Counted from the stretch's first letter, positions 1-10,509 are shown. The stretch is 64,000 bases of DNA from Armatimonadota bacterium (GCA_041690135.1 JAWLHY010000016.1:64001-128000), one strand, 5' to 3'. Numbers and translations are program-made. The notes: generated from the letters alone by a model not told the origin.

Positions 1-1014
1 GCCGGGCGCCACCCACCCCACCCGGTAGCCGGGGGTGAGCGTCTTGCTGAAGGAGGAGCAGAGCATCACCAGGCCTTTCCGGTCCCAGGCGCGAGCGACT
101 TTCGGCCGTGGGGTGCGATGGGAGAGGTCCCCGTAAATATCGTCTTCGATAAGAGGGATTTCACGCCTCGCCAGCATCTCGACCAGCTCGGCCCGCGCTT
201 CGTCCGGCATGCATGCCCCCGTGGGGTTGTTGAAGTTGGCGATCAGGCAGGCGCGGATCGGGTGGTGATCCAGGGCGTAACGGAGGGTGTCGAGGTTGAT
301 CCCGGTGCGCGGATGCGTGGGTAGTTCCAGGGCCTTCAGTCCGAGGGCCTCGATCGCCTGGAGGATCCCGTAGAAGGTGGGAGATTCGATCGCCACCGTG
401 TCCCCCGGACGACAAACGGCCTGGAGGCAGATTACCATGGCTTCCTGGCAGCCAAAGGTGGTGACGATCTCCTCCGGGCGGAGCTCGCAACCTGACGCAA
501 GTGCCCGGCGCGCGATCTGGACCCGCAGTTGTTTGCATCCGGGCGGAACGTCGTAAGACATGCCGCCGCCCTCCACATCGCGCGAGAGGTTGTGCAGCAG
601 GCGGTTCAGCTTCTCGCTCGGCAACAGGCTCATATTGGGCACCGTGGCCGCCAACTGCACGAGGCCGGCACAGGCGGTGTCCTTGAGCACCCGCAGGCAG
701 AGCTCTCCCATCGTGACCTGAGTCGGATCGAGATCCGGCTTCGAGCAAGCGGGCTCCGCGGGTCGCTCCGTTACCCGCGGTGCGACAAAGTAGCCGGACT
801 GCGGGCGAGCCTCAATCCAGCCGTCACTCTCCAGTAGGCGGTATGCCTCGAGCACAGTCGTGATGCTCACGGCCCGCTGCCGGCTCTGGTCCCGCACGGA
901 CGGGAGGCGGTCGCCGGGACGGAGCGTCCCCTCCTGGATCAATCGCAGGATCTGGTCGGCGATCTGCTGGTAGAGGGTTTCCGCGGAAGAGAGAGTAGTG
1001 AGTGGGCTCGCCAT
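1..1014 (-). CDS. MocR/GabR-family regulator (GntR wHTH + PLP aminotransferase-like domain), truncated by left window edge
   Basis: Manual translation from ATG 1014: MASPLTTLSSAETLYQQIADQILRLIQEGTLRPGDRLPSVR...VSITTVLEAYRLLESDGWIEARPQSGYFV. The downstream part has aminotransferase-like motifs (AIESPTFYG, NFNNPTG, IEDDIYG, SSFSKTLTPGYRVGW). Absent from the ORF track because the stop lies outside the window. Confidence 0.93.
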   Translation of the reverse strand, partial: MASPLTTLSSAETLYQQIADQILRLIQEGTLRPGDRLPSVRDQSRQRAVSITTVLEAYRLLESDGWIEARPQSGYFVAPRVTERPAEPACSKPDLDPTQVTMGELCLRVLKDTACAGLVQLAATVPNMSLLPSEKLNRLLHNLSRDVEGGGMSYDVPPGCKQLRVQIARRALASGCELRPEEIVTTFGCQEAMVICLQAVCRPGDTVAIESPTFYGILQAIEALGLKALELPTHPRTGINLDTLRYALDHHPIRACLIANFNNPTGACMPDEARAELVEMLARREIPLIEDDIYGDLSHRTPRPKVARAWDRKGLVMLCSSFSKTLTPGYRVGWVAPG

Positions 1015-1023
1015 TTCAGGAAA

Positions 1024-1109
1024 GTGTACCCTGCGAACTGTCCGGCGGAAAGGTACAGATCTCCGTTCCGCCTACCAGTACAGTGGTATGAAATGGGTTA
1101 CTGTGCTGG
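1024..1109. promoter_or_regulatory. Putative MocR operator repeats in divergent intergenic region
   Basis: GTACAG direct repeats at 1053 and 1078; inverted pair CCAGTACAGT (1075-1084) / ACTGTGCTGG (1100-1109), 9/10 match. This direct-plus-inverted layout is typical of MocR sites. Confidence 0.55.
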
Positions 1110-1167
1110 CAGAAATTGCCTGGGAGTGTGTCTACCCGGTTTTTCCAGCTTCCGTAAAATGGCAGCC

Positions 1168-1467
1168 ATGGAAACCTATCGCCAAACTCTACCGGCTCGA
1201 TCCACTCTCCGCCTACCGGCGGCGACGGTCGCTGTTTCTCTGAAATTGGCGCGCGGAGCCGTGCGTGCCGTTGCCGCCGCCCCGGGAAGCGTCATCCACT
1301 GCCTCCAGGGGGAGTGCTGGCTTACCCGGGACGGCGATCCGCGGGACTACCTGCTGCGGGCCGGAGACTCGCAGGTCGTCTCCGAGCGTGGCCGCTGGGT
1401 GATCCAGGCACTTACAGACTGTCTTGTGGAAGTGCGTGAGGAACCAGTATCCCGCCGCCGGGGATAA
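1168..1467 (+). CDS. DUF2917-like small cupin-type protein
   Basis: IHCLQGECWLTRDGDPRDYLLRAGDS motif; divergent from the MocR gene. TAAAAT 7 nt upstream of ATG 1168 suggests a leaderless start (alternative ATG 1159). Confidence 0.8.
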   Translation: METYRQTLPARSTLRLPAATVAVSLKLARGAVRAVAAAPGSVIHCLQGECWLTRDGDPRDYLLRAGDSQVVSERGRWVIQALTDCLVEVREEPVSRRRG

Positions 1468-1588
1468 GGTGAGTGTGAACCGGGGCAGGTCCTCCCCGTC
1501 CCAAGTGGGATAACACTGCCGAGTGCGGTGGCCGGGGCGACTGCATGTCCAGGTGCGTTAGCTCTGGCAGGTGCGGTAATCAGGGAAA

Positions 1589-1645
1589 CCTCACCCCCGC
1601 CACCCGCTCCGCGGGTACCCGGCCTCTCCGGCGCAGAGAGGGGGA
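1589..1645. repeat. REP-like palindrome with nested hairpin
   Basis: CCTCACCCC...CCTCTCC-GGCGCA-GAGAGGGG containing CACCCGCTCCGCGGGTACCCGGC, which recurs at ~12289-12312. Confidence 0.5.
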
Positions 1646-1936
1646 GCCCGCGCTTGGATCGGAACTGGGATTGCAGTTCCGAATTGACGCAGGGACGCAC
1701 AAGGCTGACGCACGTTGGAGCAAATGCCCCCAAAGGTACGGGACAACTATTGGCGGCACGCGTGAAGGTAGGGAGTGTCGGTCCATTGCCGGCGTTGCTC
1801 TGGGTCCGCATACTTCGTGGCGTGTGGGTCTACACGAACGCGGAGGAAGTTTGCCGCGAGGAGGTGGAAGTACGCGAGGGCCACACTGGCGCGGCCCGCT
1901 CCGGCTTATCCGGGCATTCCTATCCGAGGACCGGCG

Positions 1937-4126
1937 ATGAAGGTTTCCCTGCTGATGTTGGCTGCGGCCACTGTGGTCGCAGTCGCGCCCAACTCACGAC
2001 CGGCTCCGACCGGCCTGATGTGCGAACTGCTGGCAGAGCCGGACCGGGCGGCGATTACGGACTCTTCTCCCGAGTTCACCTGGATCGTGCCGGGAGAGCG
2101 GAAGGACGAGGTGCAGACCGCCTATGAAATCCGGGTCGCTTCTTCGCCCGAGTTGCTGGAGTCGGCGAAGCGGAGCCTCTGGAGCAGCGGGAAAGTCCGA
2201 TCGGATCGGAGCACGGCCGTCACGTATGCCGGGCGCCCGCTGGAGTCGAACCAGACCTACTGGTGGCAAGTCCGCACCTGGAACCGCGGCGACAAAGCGA
2301 GTCCCTGGTCCGTGCCACAGCGGTTCCGCACCGGCGTGCTGCGGTCGGCGGGAGCGGCAGCGGGTACGCGCAAGCCGCAAGAGCGCATCACGGTGACCCG
2401 CTATCCACTGGTGCGTTCCGAAGTCGCCCCCACGGCCGTGACGCAGATGGGAGACGGGCACTACTTCCTGGACTTCGGCCGCGCGGCGTTCGCGGGTCTG
2501 CGCCTGACGCTCGATAATCCCCAGCCGGGCCGGCGGGTCGTGGTCCATCTGGGCGAAGCGCTGGACGGGCCGCGCCGGGTCCATCGCAAACCGGGCGGCT
2601 CCATCCGCTATCACCGGGCGGAAGTGGAACTGCAGCCGGGCCGTCACACCTACCTGGTGCCGCTGGGACCAAAGGACGGGCGCGAGATGCCAGCCCACAT
2701 TGGACCCGTGATGCCCTATCGGTATGCGGAGATCGAGAACGCCCCCGCGCGCCTGGATCGGGAGAGCGCGCGCCAGTTGGTGGCCCACTACCCCTTCAGC
2801 GACACCGCCGCGCGCTTTACTTCTTCGGACCGCAAGTTGAACGATATCTGGGAGTTGTGCCGCTACAGCATGAAAGCGACCAGCTTCTGCGGGGTGTACG
2901 TGGATGGGGACCGCGAGCGGCTACCCTACGAGGCTGACGCTTACATCAACCAACTCGGCCACTACGCCAGCGACCGGGAGTTCACGCTGGCGCGCTACAG
3001 CCACGAGTACTTGATGCAGCACCCCACCTGGCCCACGGAGTGGATCCTGCATTCTCCGCTGATGGCCTGGGCGGACTACATGCACACCGGCGACGCCGAC
3101 AGCCTGGCGGAGTTCTATCCGGACCTGAAGGCGAAGACCCTCCTCGCCCTGGCGCGTCCGGACGGCCTTGTCAGCACTGTGGAACGGGGCGTCTCCAAAG
3201 AGGTTCTCGCCTCGGTGTACTCGACACGGATGCGCGACATCGTGGACTGGCCGATGGCGGAGCGGGACGGCTACGAGATGCGGCCCGTGAACACGGTGGT
3301 CAACGCCTTCCACTACCGGTCGCTGGTCCTGATGGCCCGGATCGCGGAAGCGCTGGAGAAGCCGCAGGAAGCGAGGGAGTTCCGCCAGGCGGCGGAGCGC
3401 GTGGCGAAGGCGATCAACACGCGCCTATTCGACACGAAGGCGGGCCTCTATGTGGACGGAGAGGGCAGCGCGCACAGCTCTTTGCACGCCAACCTGTTCC
3501 CCCTCGCGTTTGACCTGGTGCCGGCGGACCGGCGGGCGAAGGTGGCGGAGTTCGTGCGGTCCAAGGGGATGGCGTGCAGTGTCTACGCGGCGCAGTACCT
3601 GATGGAGGCCCTCTACACTGCGGGGCTGGACGACCACGCCCTGGCGCTGATGACCGCGCCCGGCGATCGAAGCTGGGCGCATATGGTTTACGACGTGGGC
3701 ACCACCATCACCCTGGAGGCATGGGACAACAAGTACAAGCCGAACCAGGACTGGAACCATGCCTGGGGAGCGGCGCCGGCCAACATTATTCCCCGGTTCG
3801 TAATGGGCGTCGAGCCGCTCGAGCCCGCTTTCCGCACGGTCCGGATCCGGCCGCAGCCCGGCAACCTGGAACACGCCACGCTGGACCTGCCCACCGTACG
3901 CGGCCCGATCCATGTCGCCTTCCAGGCCGGGTCCCAACAGTTCGAGCTCACCGTCCGCCTTCCGGCGAACACCCGGGCGGAGGTCCACCTCCCCCGCCGC
4001 GGCACCACGGCCGGCGAGGTGCTGGTCGACGGCAAGAAGCGCAAGGCGCGGGTTGAGGGGAGCTTCCTGGTGGTGGAGGGCATCGGGTCGGGCGAGCACC
4101 GGTTTGCGCTCCCCGCCTCCAGATGA
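1937..4126 (+). CDS. Alpha-L-rhamnosidase-like glycoside hydrolase (GH78) with N-terminal FN3-like domain, secreted
   Basis: Signal peptide after GAGGA RBS; QTAYEIRVAS, LDFGR, VDGDRERLPYEAD, TTITLEAWD, NHAWGAAP motifs. Confidence 0.9.
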   Translation: MKVSLLMLAAATVVAVAPNSRPAPTGLMCELLAEPDRAAITDSSPEFTWIVPGERKDEVQTAYEIRVASSPELLESAKRSLWSSGKVRSDRSTAVTYAGRPLESNQTYWWQVRTWNRGDKASPWSVPQRFRTGVLRSAGAAAGTRKPQERITVTRYPLVRSEVAPTAVTQMGDGHYFLDFGRAAFAGLRLTLDNPQPGRRVVVHLGEALDGPRRVHRKPGGSIRYHRAEVELQPGRHTYLVPLGPKDGREMPAHIGPVMPYRYAEIENAPARLDRESARQLVAHYPFSDTAARFTSSDRKLNDIWELCRYSMKATSFCGVYVDGDRERLPYEADAYINQLGHYASDREFTLARYSHEYLMQHPTWPTEWILHSPLMAWADYMHTGDADSLAEFYPDLKAKTLLALARPDGLVSTVERGVSKEVLASVYSTRMRDIVDWPMAERDGYEMRPVNTVVNAFHYRSLVLMARIAEALEKPQEAREFRQAAERVAKAINTRLFDTKAGLYVDGEGSAHSSLHANLFPLAFDLVPADRRAKVAEFVRSKGMACSVYAAQYLMEALYTAGLDDHALALMTAPGDRSWAHMVYDVGTTITLEAWDNKYKPNQDWNHAWGAAPANIIPRFVMGVEPLEPAFRTVRIRPQPGNLEHATLDLPTVRGPIHVAFQAGSQQFELTVRLPANTRAEVHLPRRGTTAGEVLVDGKKRKARVEGSFLVVEGIGSGEHRFALPASR

Positions 4127-4190
4127 ACGCAGCTCACCCGAGGTCGGGCGCAACTGAACCCGACGGAAGGTAATCAGGGAAACTGTTTCT

Positions 4191-4236
4191 GCCCGCGGAA
4201 AACGCGGAAGGACGCGGAAGAATTGGGAAAGCGGAA
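4191..4236. repeat. 9-nt-period short tandem array (ACGCGGAAG)
   Basis: GCCCGCGGAAAACGCGGAAGGACGCGGAAGAATTGGGAAAG; a related copy lies at 39671-39728. Confidence 0.6.
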
Positions 4237-4481
4237 CAAACTGACTCGCTCCAAGAGTTCGTGGATGCACGGTTGGAGTCGCGCACGGCTGGACGGGTGC
4301 GAACTTCCGCTCTTTCGGCCCCCTAACCCCCAATCCTGGGGGGATGGCGCATCTTCCGCCAGCTACCGGGTTTCATCCATTGCATAACCCAGGGATGCCC
4401 GTCTCCGACGAACCGTGCTTGAGGGGATCACCTCAGGTAGGACCTGCGCTAGCCATCGGAACAAGCGTAGCAAGCGCCGTA

Positions 4482-5444
4482 TCAACTGGAGGAAGCCACC
4501 TTGCTTGCCGGGTCCAGCATTGCAGTGAGCTCATCCAGTTGCCTTTGCAGTATGCGCAGCCAGCGAGCTTCTCCGCTGGCTGCGGCGATCTCGACGGCCT
4601 GCTTGAGAAGCGGCAGTTTGCGCTTCGGCCGCTTGAGGACCTCCGCGGCCGCTATTGCCGAAAGGGCCTCGTGCAGGTCCATGCCCGACCGGGGCTTGAG
4701 CAGTGCCACGAGTTTCTCCCGCTCACCGAGGCGGAGCCGGCATTGCTGCATCTCTACGAAGGCGGTCTGATGCGCCGGCCCAAAGCGACTGCAGCAGTCG
4801 AACGCCAGCACTGCCTGCGCGAGCGTCTCCTCACGTGTCGCCAAGACAACTCCCAGCCAATAGAAGGCTCTTGGTAGATCCGGGTATTGGCCCGCGCTCT
4901 CGGCATAGACGAGAGCCTCCTTGAGGAACGACGCGGCGGCATCCAGCAGGTAGGTGGCGTCCCGATCAACCCATGTGCCGTGGAGGTGCAATAAGCCGAG
5001 GTCAATCAAGATTCGGCCCACGGACCGGCGATGCCGCGCCTGCCGGGCTTGTGTGAGTGCAGTGTGGAGGAGGTCCTCCGCCTCGGAGAAGTGGGTAGCC
5101 TTAACCTGTAGACGCGAAAGCTCCACGCAGGCTGCTGATCGCGCGATTCGGATCTGCGTCAGGTCCGCTCCGGTCTCGCGCGCAGCCGCCTCCTGTTCGT
5201 CCAGGCTCTGGAGAAAGGTCCGGCAGTAGACCTCTTCCGGACCCGGCTTTCGCGAGCGGCGCAGGCGATTTCGCTGCTCCTCCGGCATCCGCGCAACCGC
5301 CTGGCTGACTTTCGAGTGGCCCTCCTGGAACTCGAGTGCCAGCGCCTCGTCGTCGTCAACAGGCACACCCAGCCGGCGAAGGTTCTCGACGATTTCCTTC
5401 CCCGAGCGGGGAGTGGCTTGCCCCGAAGGCGTTTTCGGTTCCAC
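4482..5444 (-). CDS. Hypothetical TPR-like helical protein
   Basis: 3' third of track ORF 4482..6926; GTG 5444 with GAGGA RBS; TPR-like helices (FSEAEDLLHTALTQA, RAFYWLGVVLA). Confidence 0.65.
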   Translation of the reverse strand: MEPKTPSGQATPRSGKEIVENLRRLGVPVDDDEALALEFQEGHSKVSQAVARMPEEQRNRLRRSRKPGPEEVYCRTFLQSLDEQEAAARETGADLTQIRIARSAACVELSRLQVKATHFSEAEDLLHTALTQARQARHRRSVGRILIDLGLLHLHGTWVDRDATYLLDAAASFLKEALVYAESAGQYPDLPRAFYWLGVVLATREETLAQAVLAFDCCSRFGPAHQTAFVEMQQCRLRLGEREKLVALLKPRSGMDLHEALSAIAAAEVLKRPKRKLPLLKQAVEIAAASGEARWLRILQRQLDELTAMLDPASKVASSS

Positions 5445-5460
5445 CGTAGCAGTCCTCTGC

Positions 5461-5541
5461 CGCCACTTCGGGGCTTTTCTTGTACGCCGTGGGTCCGGGG
5501 GTTCACACCCCCGGCTATGGTCCCACCGCCCCTCCGGGGCT
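5461..5541. repeat. REP/REPIN-like palindromic element
   Basis: CGCCACTTCGGGGCT ... CCGGGGGTTCACACCCCCGGCTA ... CGCCCCTCCGGGGCT: a central hairpin flanked by two short hairpins. Confidence 0.65.
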
Positions 5542-5580
5542 CTATCGCTTCGTGTACGGAACCGTTCTGACCGGCTATCT

Positions 5581-5606
5581 GGAGTGCCGGGTGAGCCCGG
5601 CACTCC
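5581..5606 (-). terminator. Strong hairpin downstream of PQQ-propeller gene (terminator or REP)
   Basis: Perfect 11-bp stem GGAGTGCCGGG-TGAG-CCCGGCACTCC; no clear U-tract. Confidence 0.45.
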
Positions 5607-5659
5607 ATAAGAACGTCGTAAACGAGACTGTAAACGACCGGGTGATGCCGGCCCAGAGG

Positions 5660-6892
5660 CTACTTTTTGCCGATGGCGTAGAGGTGGTTGACACCGCGAA
5701 GGAAGAGCTGGCCCTGGCTGACGACGGGGGAAGCGTAGGTTTCTTCTCCCAGAGGATTCTCCGCCAGCTTTTCGAAGGTTTTTCCCGGCCGAACGACGGT
5801 GGTGACCCCCTTGTCCGACTGTACATACAACAGGCCGTCTGCGAGGATCGGGGAGGCGCTGGTGTGGCCCGCGGTGCGCTCGTTCCAGAGCTGCTCGCCG
5901 GTGTCGGCCAGCCAGCAGCCCAGGAAACCGCCGTCCGACACGTTCAGGAAGTAGGGCCCCGTCACAATCGGAGAGGGCACGTAGCCGGCGCCGCGGCGAG
6001 TGCGCCAGGCGATGTGCTCGTCCGCGATCTTCCCTTTCCCGTCCGGGCGGATCGCCACGATGTGGAGCTCCGGATAGCCGGCGGTGATGAACAGGAGCTT
6101 GCCGTTGTAGACTGGCGCGGCGACGAACTGTTCCGTGGGGCCGTCCATGATCCACTGGAGCGCGCCGTTTTCGGGGTTGTAGCTTGCCACGCACATGCTG
6201 CCGGTGAGCATCATGTGCGGCTCGCCGTTGATCTCGCGGATGATGGGAGTGCAGTAACTGCGGGTGTTGTTGGGGCGCTGGATCTTCCAGAGGGTCTTGC
6301 CGGTCTTGCGGTCGAGCGCGACGATGAACCCCGCGCCGTCGTGATCGCCGTTCACGATGATCCGGTCCTTGTAGAGGATCGGATTGCTGGAATAGCCGTG
6401 CTTGCTGGAGAACGGTCCGGGGCGCACTTCCCAGACTCGGTTTCCGGTGAAGTCGTAGGCCGCCACGTACATCCGGTCGCGGTCGAGGAAGGTCACGTAG
6501 ACCCGCTCGCCGTCGGTCAGAGGCGTGCTCGAGGCGTAGCTGTTGAGGCGGTGGATCTGCTCCAACGGCGACTTGAGGACCGTCCGCTGCCACAACGTCT
6601 TGCCGGTGCGGCGGTCCAGGCAAAGCAGGAGCCGCTCTTCCTTCTCTTCCAGCGCCGAGACGAGGAAGATGCGATCGCCCCACACCACGGGCGAGGCGTG
6701 ACCGCGACCCGGAATCGGCACCTTCCAGGCTACGTTTTCCGTGCCGCTCCACCGGATGGGCAGGCCCTTCTCCAGGCTCGTGCCATCCCCGCGGGGACCC
6801 CGGAAACCGGGCCAGTTTTCCGCCTGGGCAGCGGACACGCCCAGTGTCGTCATGGACAGCAGGGCCAGCAAGCCTCTCCGGGTGCAGTTCAC
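5660..6892 (-). CDS. PQQ-like beta-propeller repeat protein (BamB-like family), secreted
   Basis: AENWPGFRGPRGDG, GHASPVVWGDRIF, YASSTPLTDGERVY, YASPVVSQGQLFLRG. Confidence 0.9.
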   Translation of the reverse strand: MNCTRRGLLALLSMTTLGVSAAQAENWPGFRGPRGDGTSLEKGLPIRWSGTENVAWKVPIPGRGHASPVVWGDRIFLVSALEEKEERLLLCLDRRTGKTLWQRTVLKSPLEQIHRLNSYASSTPLTDGERVYVTFLDRDRMYVAAYDFTGNRVWEVRPGPFSSKHGYSSNPILYKDRIIVNGDHDGAGFIVALDRKTGKTLWKIQRPNNTRSYCTPIIREINGEPHMMLTGSMCVASYNPENGALQWIMDGPTEQFVAAPVYNGKLLFITAGYPELHIVAIRPDGKGKIADEHIAWRTRRGAGYVPSPIVTGPYFLNVSDGGFLGCWLADTGEQLWNERTAGHTSASPILADGLLYVQSDKGVTTVVRPGKTFEKLAENPLGEETYASPVVSQGQLFLRGVNHLYAIGKK

Positions 6893-6956
6893 AGGGGTTC
6901 TCCTCTCCGCGCTCGTCTACCGGCATGGCGTTACGGCATACCCGGCGAGCTTCCCT

Positions 6957-8012
6957 TCATGAAGATTGGGAGCGAGATCCCATCAGTTGTTCGATATCTG
7001 AAACTAATTGGTGGACATCTTCCGGCTGGGTGTCCCAGCAGCACATGAGCCGGCAGCCGCCCTGGCCGATGAAGGTGTAGAACTTCCAGCCGGCTTCCGC
7101 CAGCGCCTGGGCGACCCGGGGAGGGAGTTGTACGAAGACGGAGTTGGCCTCCCGGGGGAAGAGCAGGCGAACCTCCGGCAAGCACCGCAGGCCCTGCTCC
7201 AGGAGCGCGGCCATGGCGTTAGCGTGCTCCGCATATTTCAGCCAGGCGCCGCTCTCCAACATGCCGACCCAGGGGGCGGAGAGGAAGCGCATCTTCGAGG
7301 CGAGCTGTCCCGCCTGCTTGCAGCGGTACTCGAACTCGTAAGCGAGATCCCGGTTGAAGAAGACGACGGCCTCGCCCAGTCCCGCCCCATTCTTGGTGCC
7401 GCCGAAAGAGAGCACTTCCACCCCCGCCTCCCAGGTGATCTCGCGCGGGGCGACCCCCAGCGATGCCATGGCATTTGCCAGGCGGGCGCCGTCCATGTGC
7501 AGGCGCAGGCCCAGGCTCCGCACCCGGTCGGAGATCTCGCGGATCTCCTCCGGACGATAGACGGTGCCCAGTTCCGTCGCCTGTGTGAGGCTGACGACCT
7601 TCGGCTTGGGGTAGTGGATATCGGTTCGGCGCTTCACCTGCCGCTCGATCGCTTCCGGGTCGATCTTGCCGTCGTCACCGGAGAGGAGCAGGATCTTGGT
7701 GCCGTTGGAGAAGAACTCCGGCGCGCCGCACTCATCCGTTTCCACGTGCGCGGTCTCGTGGCAAAGGATGCTGTGGTAGCTCTGGCACATCGCGGAGAGG
7801 GCCAGGGAGTTGGCGGCCGTGCCGTTGAAGACGAAGAAGACTTCGCACGGGGTCTCGAACAGGTCACGGATCAGCTCGGAAGCGCGCGCGGTCCAGGGGT
7901 CGTCGCCGTAGGAGGGAACGTGCCGCTGGTTGGCCTCTTCCATGGCCCGCCACGCTTCGGGGCAAATCCCGGCGTAGTTGTCGCTGGCAAACTGTCGGAT
8001 ACGTTCGAGCAT
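6957..8012 (-). CDS. ltaE: Low-specificity L-threonine aldolase
   Basis: FASDNYAG, FNGTAANSLAL, HMDGARLANA, SFGGTKNG (PLP lysine), GQLASKMRF. Confidence 0.92.
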   Translation of the reverse strand: MLERIRQFASDNYAGICPEAWRAMEEANQRHVPSYGDDPWTARASELIRDLFETPCEVFFVFNGTAANSLALSAMCQSYHSILCHETAHVETDECGAPEFFSNGTKILLLSGDDGKIDPEAIERQVKRRTDIHYPKPKVVSLTQATELGTVYRPEEIREISDRVRSLGLRLHMDGARLANAMASLGVAPREITWEAGVEVLSFGGTKNGAGLGEAVVFFNRDLAYEFEYRCKQAGQLASKMRFLSAPWVGMLESGAWLKYAEHANAMAALLEQGLRCLPEVRLLFPREANSVFVQLPPRVAQALAEAGWKFYTFIGQGGCRLMCCWDTQPEDVHQLVSDIEQLMGSRSQSS

Positions 8013-8202
8013 TCGGAGCCTCCCCCATCCGGCGAGGGTTTCCCGGACGGCCTTTCCAGTATAGCCTATACTCGGCACCAAGCCCGAGCCGGGGCACGAC
8101 CCCGGGAAGGATTTGCGGGACCGCCAGCGTCAAAGTCTTTCGGTGATCACGCCGGAGTGATGAGCTTTCCGGCATTCTTTGCTTCCGAGGAACAACCGTC
8201 TT

Positions 8203-9240
8203 ATGAGCCAGAGTCCATCCGGCGGGCCAGTGGGGGGTGATGCCCCGTCGCCGCTCCTGTTTATGAACACCCTCAACGCGTTCCATGGCACGGCCGCGCT
8301 GAAAGCGGCCGTGGAGCTGGATCTGTTTACGGCGCTTGGTGAAGGCTGTGCCTCGCCCGCCGAGATCGGCACGCGCTGTAACGCCGCGGAGCGCGGGGTG
8401 CGCATCCTTTGCGACTATCTCACGATCCTCGGCTTTCTCACCAAGACCGACGGCCGGTATCAGTTGACGCGGGATTCGGGCGTCTTCCTGGACCGCCGCT
8501 CCCCGGCGTACATGGGCGGCGTGGTCCAGTTTTTGCTCTCACCCACCATTGTGGAGAGCTTCGCCAACCTGACCGAGGCGGTGCGGCGGGGCGGGACGGC
8601 GACTTCCGCGGAAGGGACCATGGAAGCGGAGCATCCGGTGTGGGTGGACTTCGCCCGCGCGATGATGCCGATGATGGCCCGGCCGGCCCAGGAGATCCCG
8701 AGTCTTCTCGGTCTCGATCCGGAGCGGAAAATCCGGGTCCTGGATCTGGCCGCGGGACACGGCTTGTTCGGCCTGGCCTTCGCCCAGCAGTTCCCGAATG
8801 CGGAAGTGACGGCGGTGGATTGGGCGCCGGTACTGGCGGTGGCGGAAGAGAATGCCCGAGTCGCCGGGGTGGCCGACCGTTTCCGCTCGCTGCCCGGAAG
8901 TGCATTCGACGTCGAGTACGGTGAGGGGTATGACGTGGTACTCCTTACCAATTTCCTGCACCACTTCGATCCGGCGACCTGCGAGAGCCTGTTGCGGAAG
9001 GTGCATGCCGCCCTGGCGGAAGGCGGACGGGCGGTCACGCTGGAGTTCGTGCCAAACGAAGATCGGGTGAGCCCGCCCGGACCGGCGACCTTCAGCCTGG
9101 TGATGCTGGCCTCCACGGCGCGCGGCGACGCCTACACCTTCGGCGAATACGACGCGATGTTCCGCAACGCCGGCTTCAGCCGGAACGAGAGTCGTCCCCT
9201 GCAGTCCAGCATCGAACAGGTCGTGATCTCCCATAGGTAG
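8203..9240 (+). CDS. SAM-dependent O-methyltransferase (dimerisation + Methyltransf_2 domains)
   Basis: [11 protein letters not shown]-terminal domain; VLDLAAGHG motif I; [10 protein letters not shown]. Confidence 0.9.
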   Translation: MSQSPSGGPVGGDAPSPLLFMNTLNAFHGTAALKAAVELDLFTALGEGCASPAEIGTRCNAAERGVRILCDYLTILGFLTKTDGRYQLTRDSGVFLDRRSPAYMGGVVQFLLSPTIVESFANLTEAVRRGGTATSAEGTMEAEHPVWVDFARAMMPMMARPAQEIPSLLGLDPERKIRVLDLAAGHGLFGLAFAQQFPNAEVTAVDWAPVLAVAEENARVAGVADRFRSLPGSAFDVEYGEGYDVVLLTNFLHHFDPATCESLLRKVHAALAEGGRAVTLEFVPNEDRVSPPGPATFSLVMLASTARGDAYTFGEYDAMFRNAGFSRNESRPLQSSIEQVVISHR

Positions 9241-9244
9241 CCCC

Positions 9245-10015
9245 ATGCCCTACCCACACCGGTTCGCTCAACTGTACAACTGGCTGGTCCACGGGCAATC
9301 CCAACCCGGAGCGGATGACGAACTGGCATTCCTGGCGCGCGTGTTCGCAGAGGACGCACGCCGCCCGGTGCGGGAAGTGCTCGACGTGGGGTGTGGACAG
9401 GGCCGCATCCTCGTACCCCTGCTCCGGCAGGGGTACGAGGTGACCGGTCTCGACCAGAGCCCGGGCATGCTCGCAGCCTGCCGCCGACACCTCGAACGGG
9501 AGGGCCTCCAGGGGGAGGTCTGCGAAGGAAGCATGGAGACCCTGGAAGCGGAGGAAGCCTACGACGCCATCCTCGGAATCGACTCGGTCATCTGCTACCT
9601 GCGGGAGAGTGCCGCCATCGTGGAGGTGCTCCGCCGGTTCCACCGGGCGCTCCGTCCTGGCGGCGTGCTGGTCCTGGATAACTGGAACGCGTTGGGCAAC
9701 TGGCGTCTCCTCGGCGTTCCCCAGCGCTACCAGTTTGAGGAGGCCGCGTTCTCCATGGAGCTGGAAGAGCGCTGCCGGTTCGATAGCGTCGCTTCCCTGT
9801 GGGAGATCGAGTTCCGGGCGACGGTGCGGGAAGGGGCGGCGCCGGAGGAGTTCCACCACGTCGAAACCCTGCACGTGATGACGGTTTCGGAGCTGGTCCA
9901 TTATCTCCAGCAGGCAGGGTTCGCGGCAGTTCGCACGTATACGGATTACATAGATGAACCCAGCGAGGGAGATCCGGAGCAAATCCAGTTCGTGGCACAG
10001 CGCGAAACGGAGTAG
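9245..10015 (+). CDS. Class I SAM-dependent methyltransferase
   Basis: VLDVGCGQGR, GLDQSPGML, ALRPGGVLVLD; starts 4 nt after the previous gene. Confidence 0.9.
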   Translation: MPYPHRFAQLYNWLVHGQSQPGADDELAFLARVFAEDARRPVREVLDVGCGQGRILVPLLRQGYEVTGLDQSPGMLAACRRHLEREGLQGEVCEGSMETLEAEEAYDAILGIDSVICYLRESAAIVEVLRRFHRALRPGGVLVLDNWNALGNWRLLGVPQRYQFEEAAFSMELEERCRFDSVASLWEIEFRATVREGAAPEEFHHVETLHVMTVSELVHYLQQAGFAAVRTYTDYIDEPSEGDPEQIQFVAQRETE

Positions 10016-10041
10016 CGGCCGCCAAGGCTCCGACGATGCCC

Positions 10042-10509
10042 TTATGCCGCCTCGCAGGGGCTGGGCGGCATCTCACGGCAGGCGCGATGCGTAGCCGTGG
10101 AGCGGTTAGGGTGGCAGCAGTCCGCAATGACTTCCATGAGGAGCCGCAGATGCAGCGGCTTCGGGAAAAAGGCCACAGCTTTGAGGACCGGACGCGGATG
10201 CTCGTCCCAGGGAACCGCGGATATCACCAGCACCGGAATGGACGCCCAGTCCGGATTCTCCAACTGATGTGTCTGGAATGTCCAGCCGTCCATTACCGGC
10301 ATCACGAGATCCAACAGGATCAGGTCCGGCCGGGGACCACTCCGCAGGTAGTCGAGCGCGGACTCGCCATGACGCACCGGAACGACCTCGTATCCCTTGT
10401 GGACCAGCAGTTCCGCCAGGGCCTCGCGGATGCCGTCATCATCTTCCACCAGTAATATGCGAGCCCCAGCGTGGGGCGCCGGACGCAACCGCTCGTCTTG
10501 CACAGTCAC
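10042..10509 (-). CDS. Single-domain response regulator (receiver)
   Basis: ILLVEDD, PDLILLDLVMPVMDG, IPVLVISA, FPKP; start uncertain. Confidence 0.85.
   Translation of the reverse strand: MTVQDERLRPAPHAGARILLVEDDDGIREALAELLVHKGYEVVPVRHGESALDYLRSGPRPDLILLDLVMPVMDGWTFQTHQLENPDWASIPVLVISAVPWDEHPRPVLKAVAFFPKPLHLRLLMEVIADCCHPNRSTATHRACREMPPSPCEAA

Noticed and set aside
5445-6926. N-terminal ~490 aa of the 814-aa track ORF 4482..6926
   Set aside because: Alternate-frame shadow of the PQQ-propeller gene and a REP region; only 4482-5444 looks like real protein.
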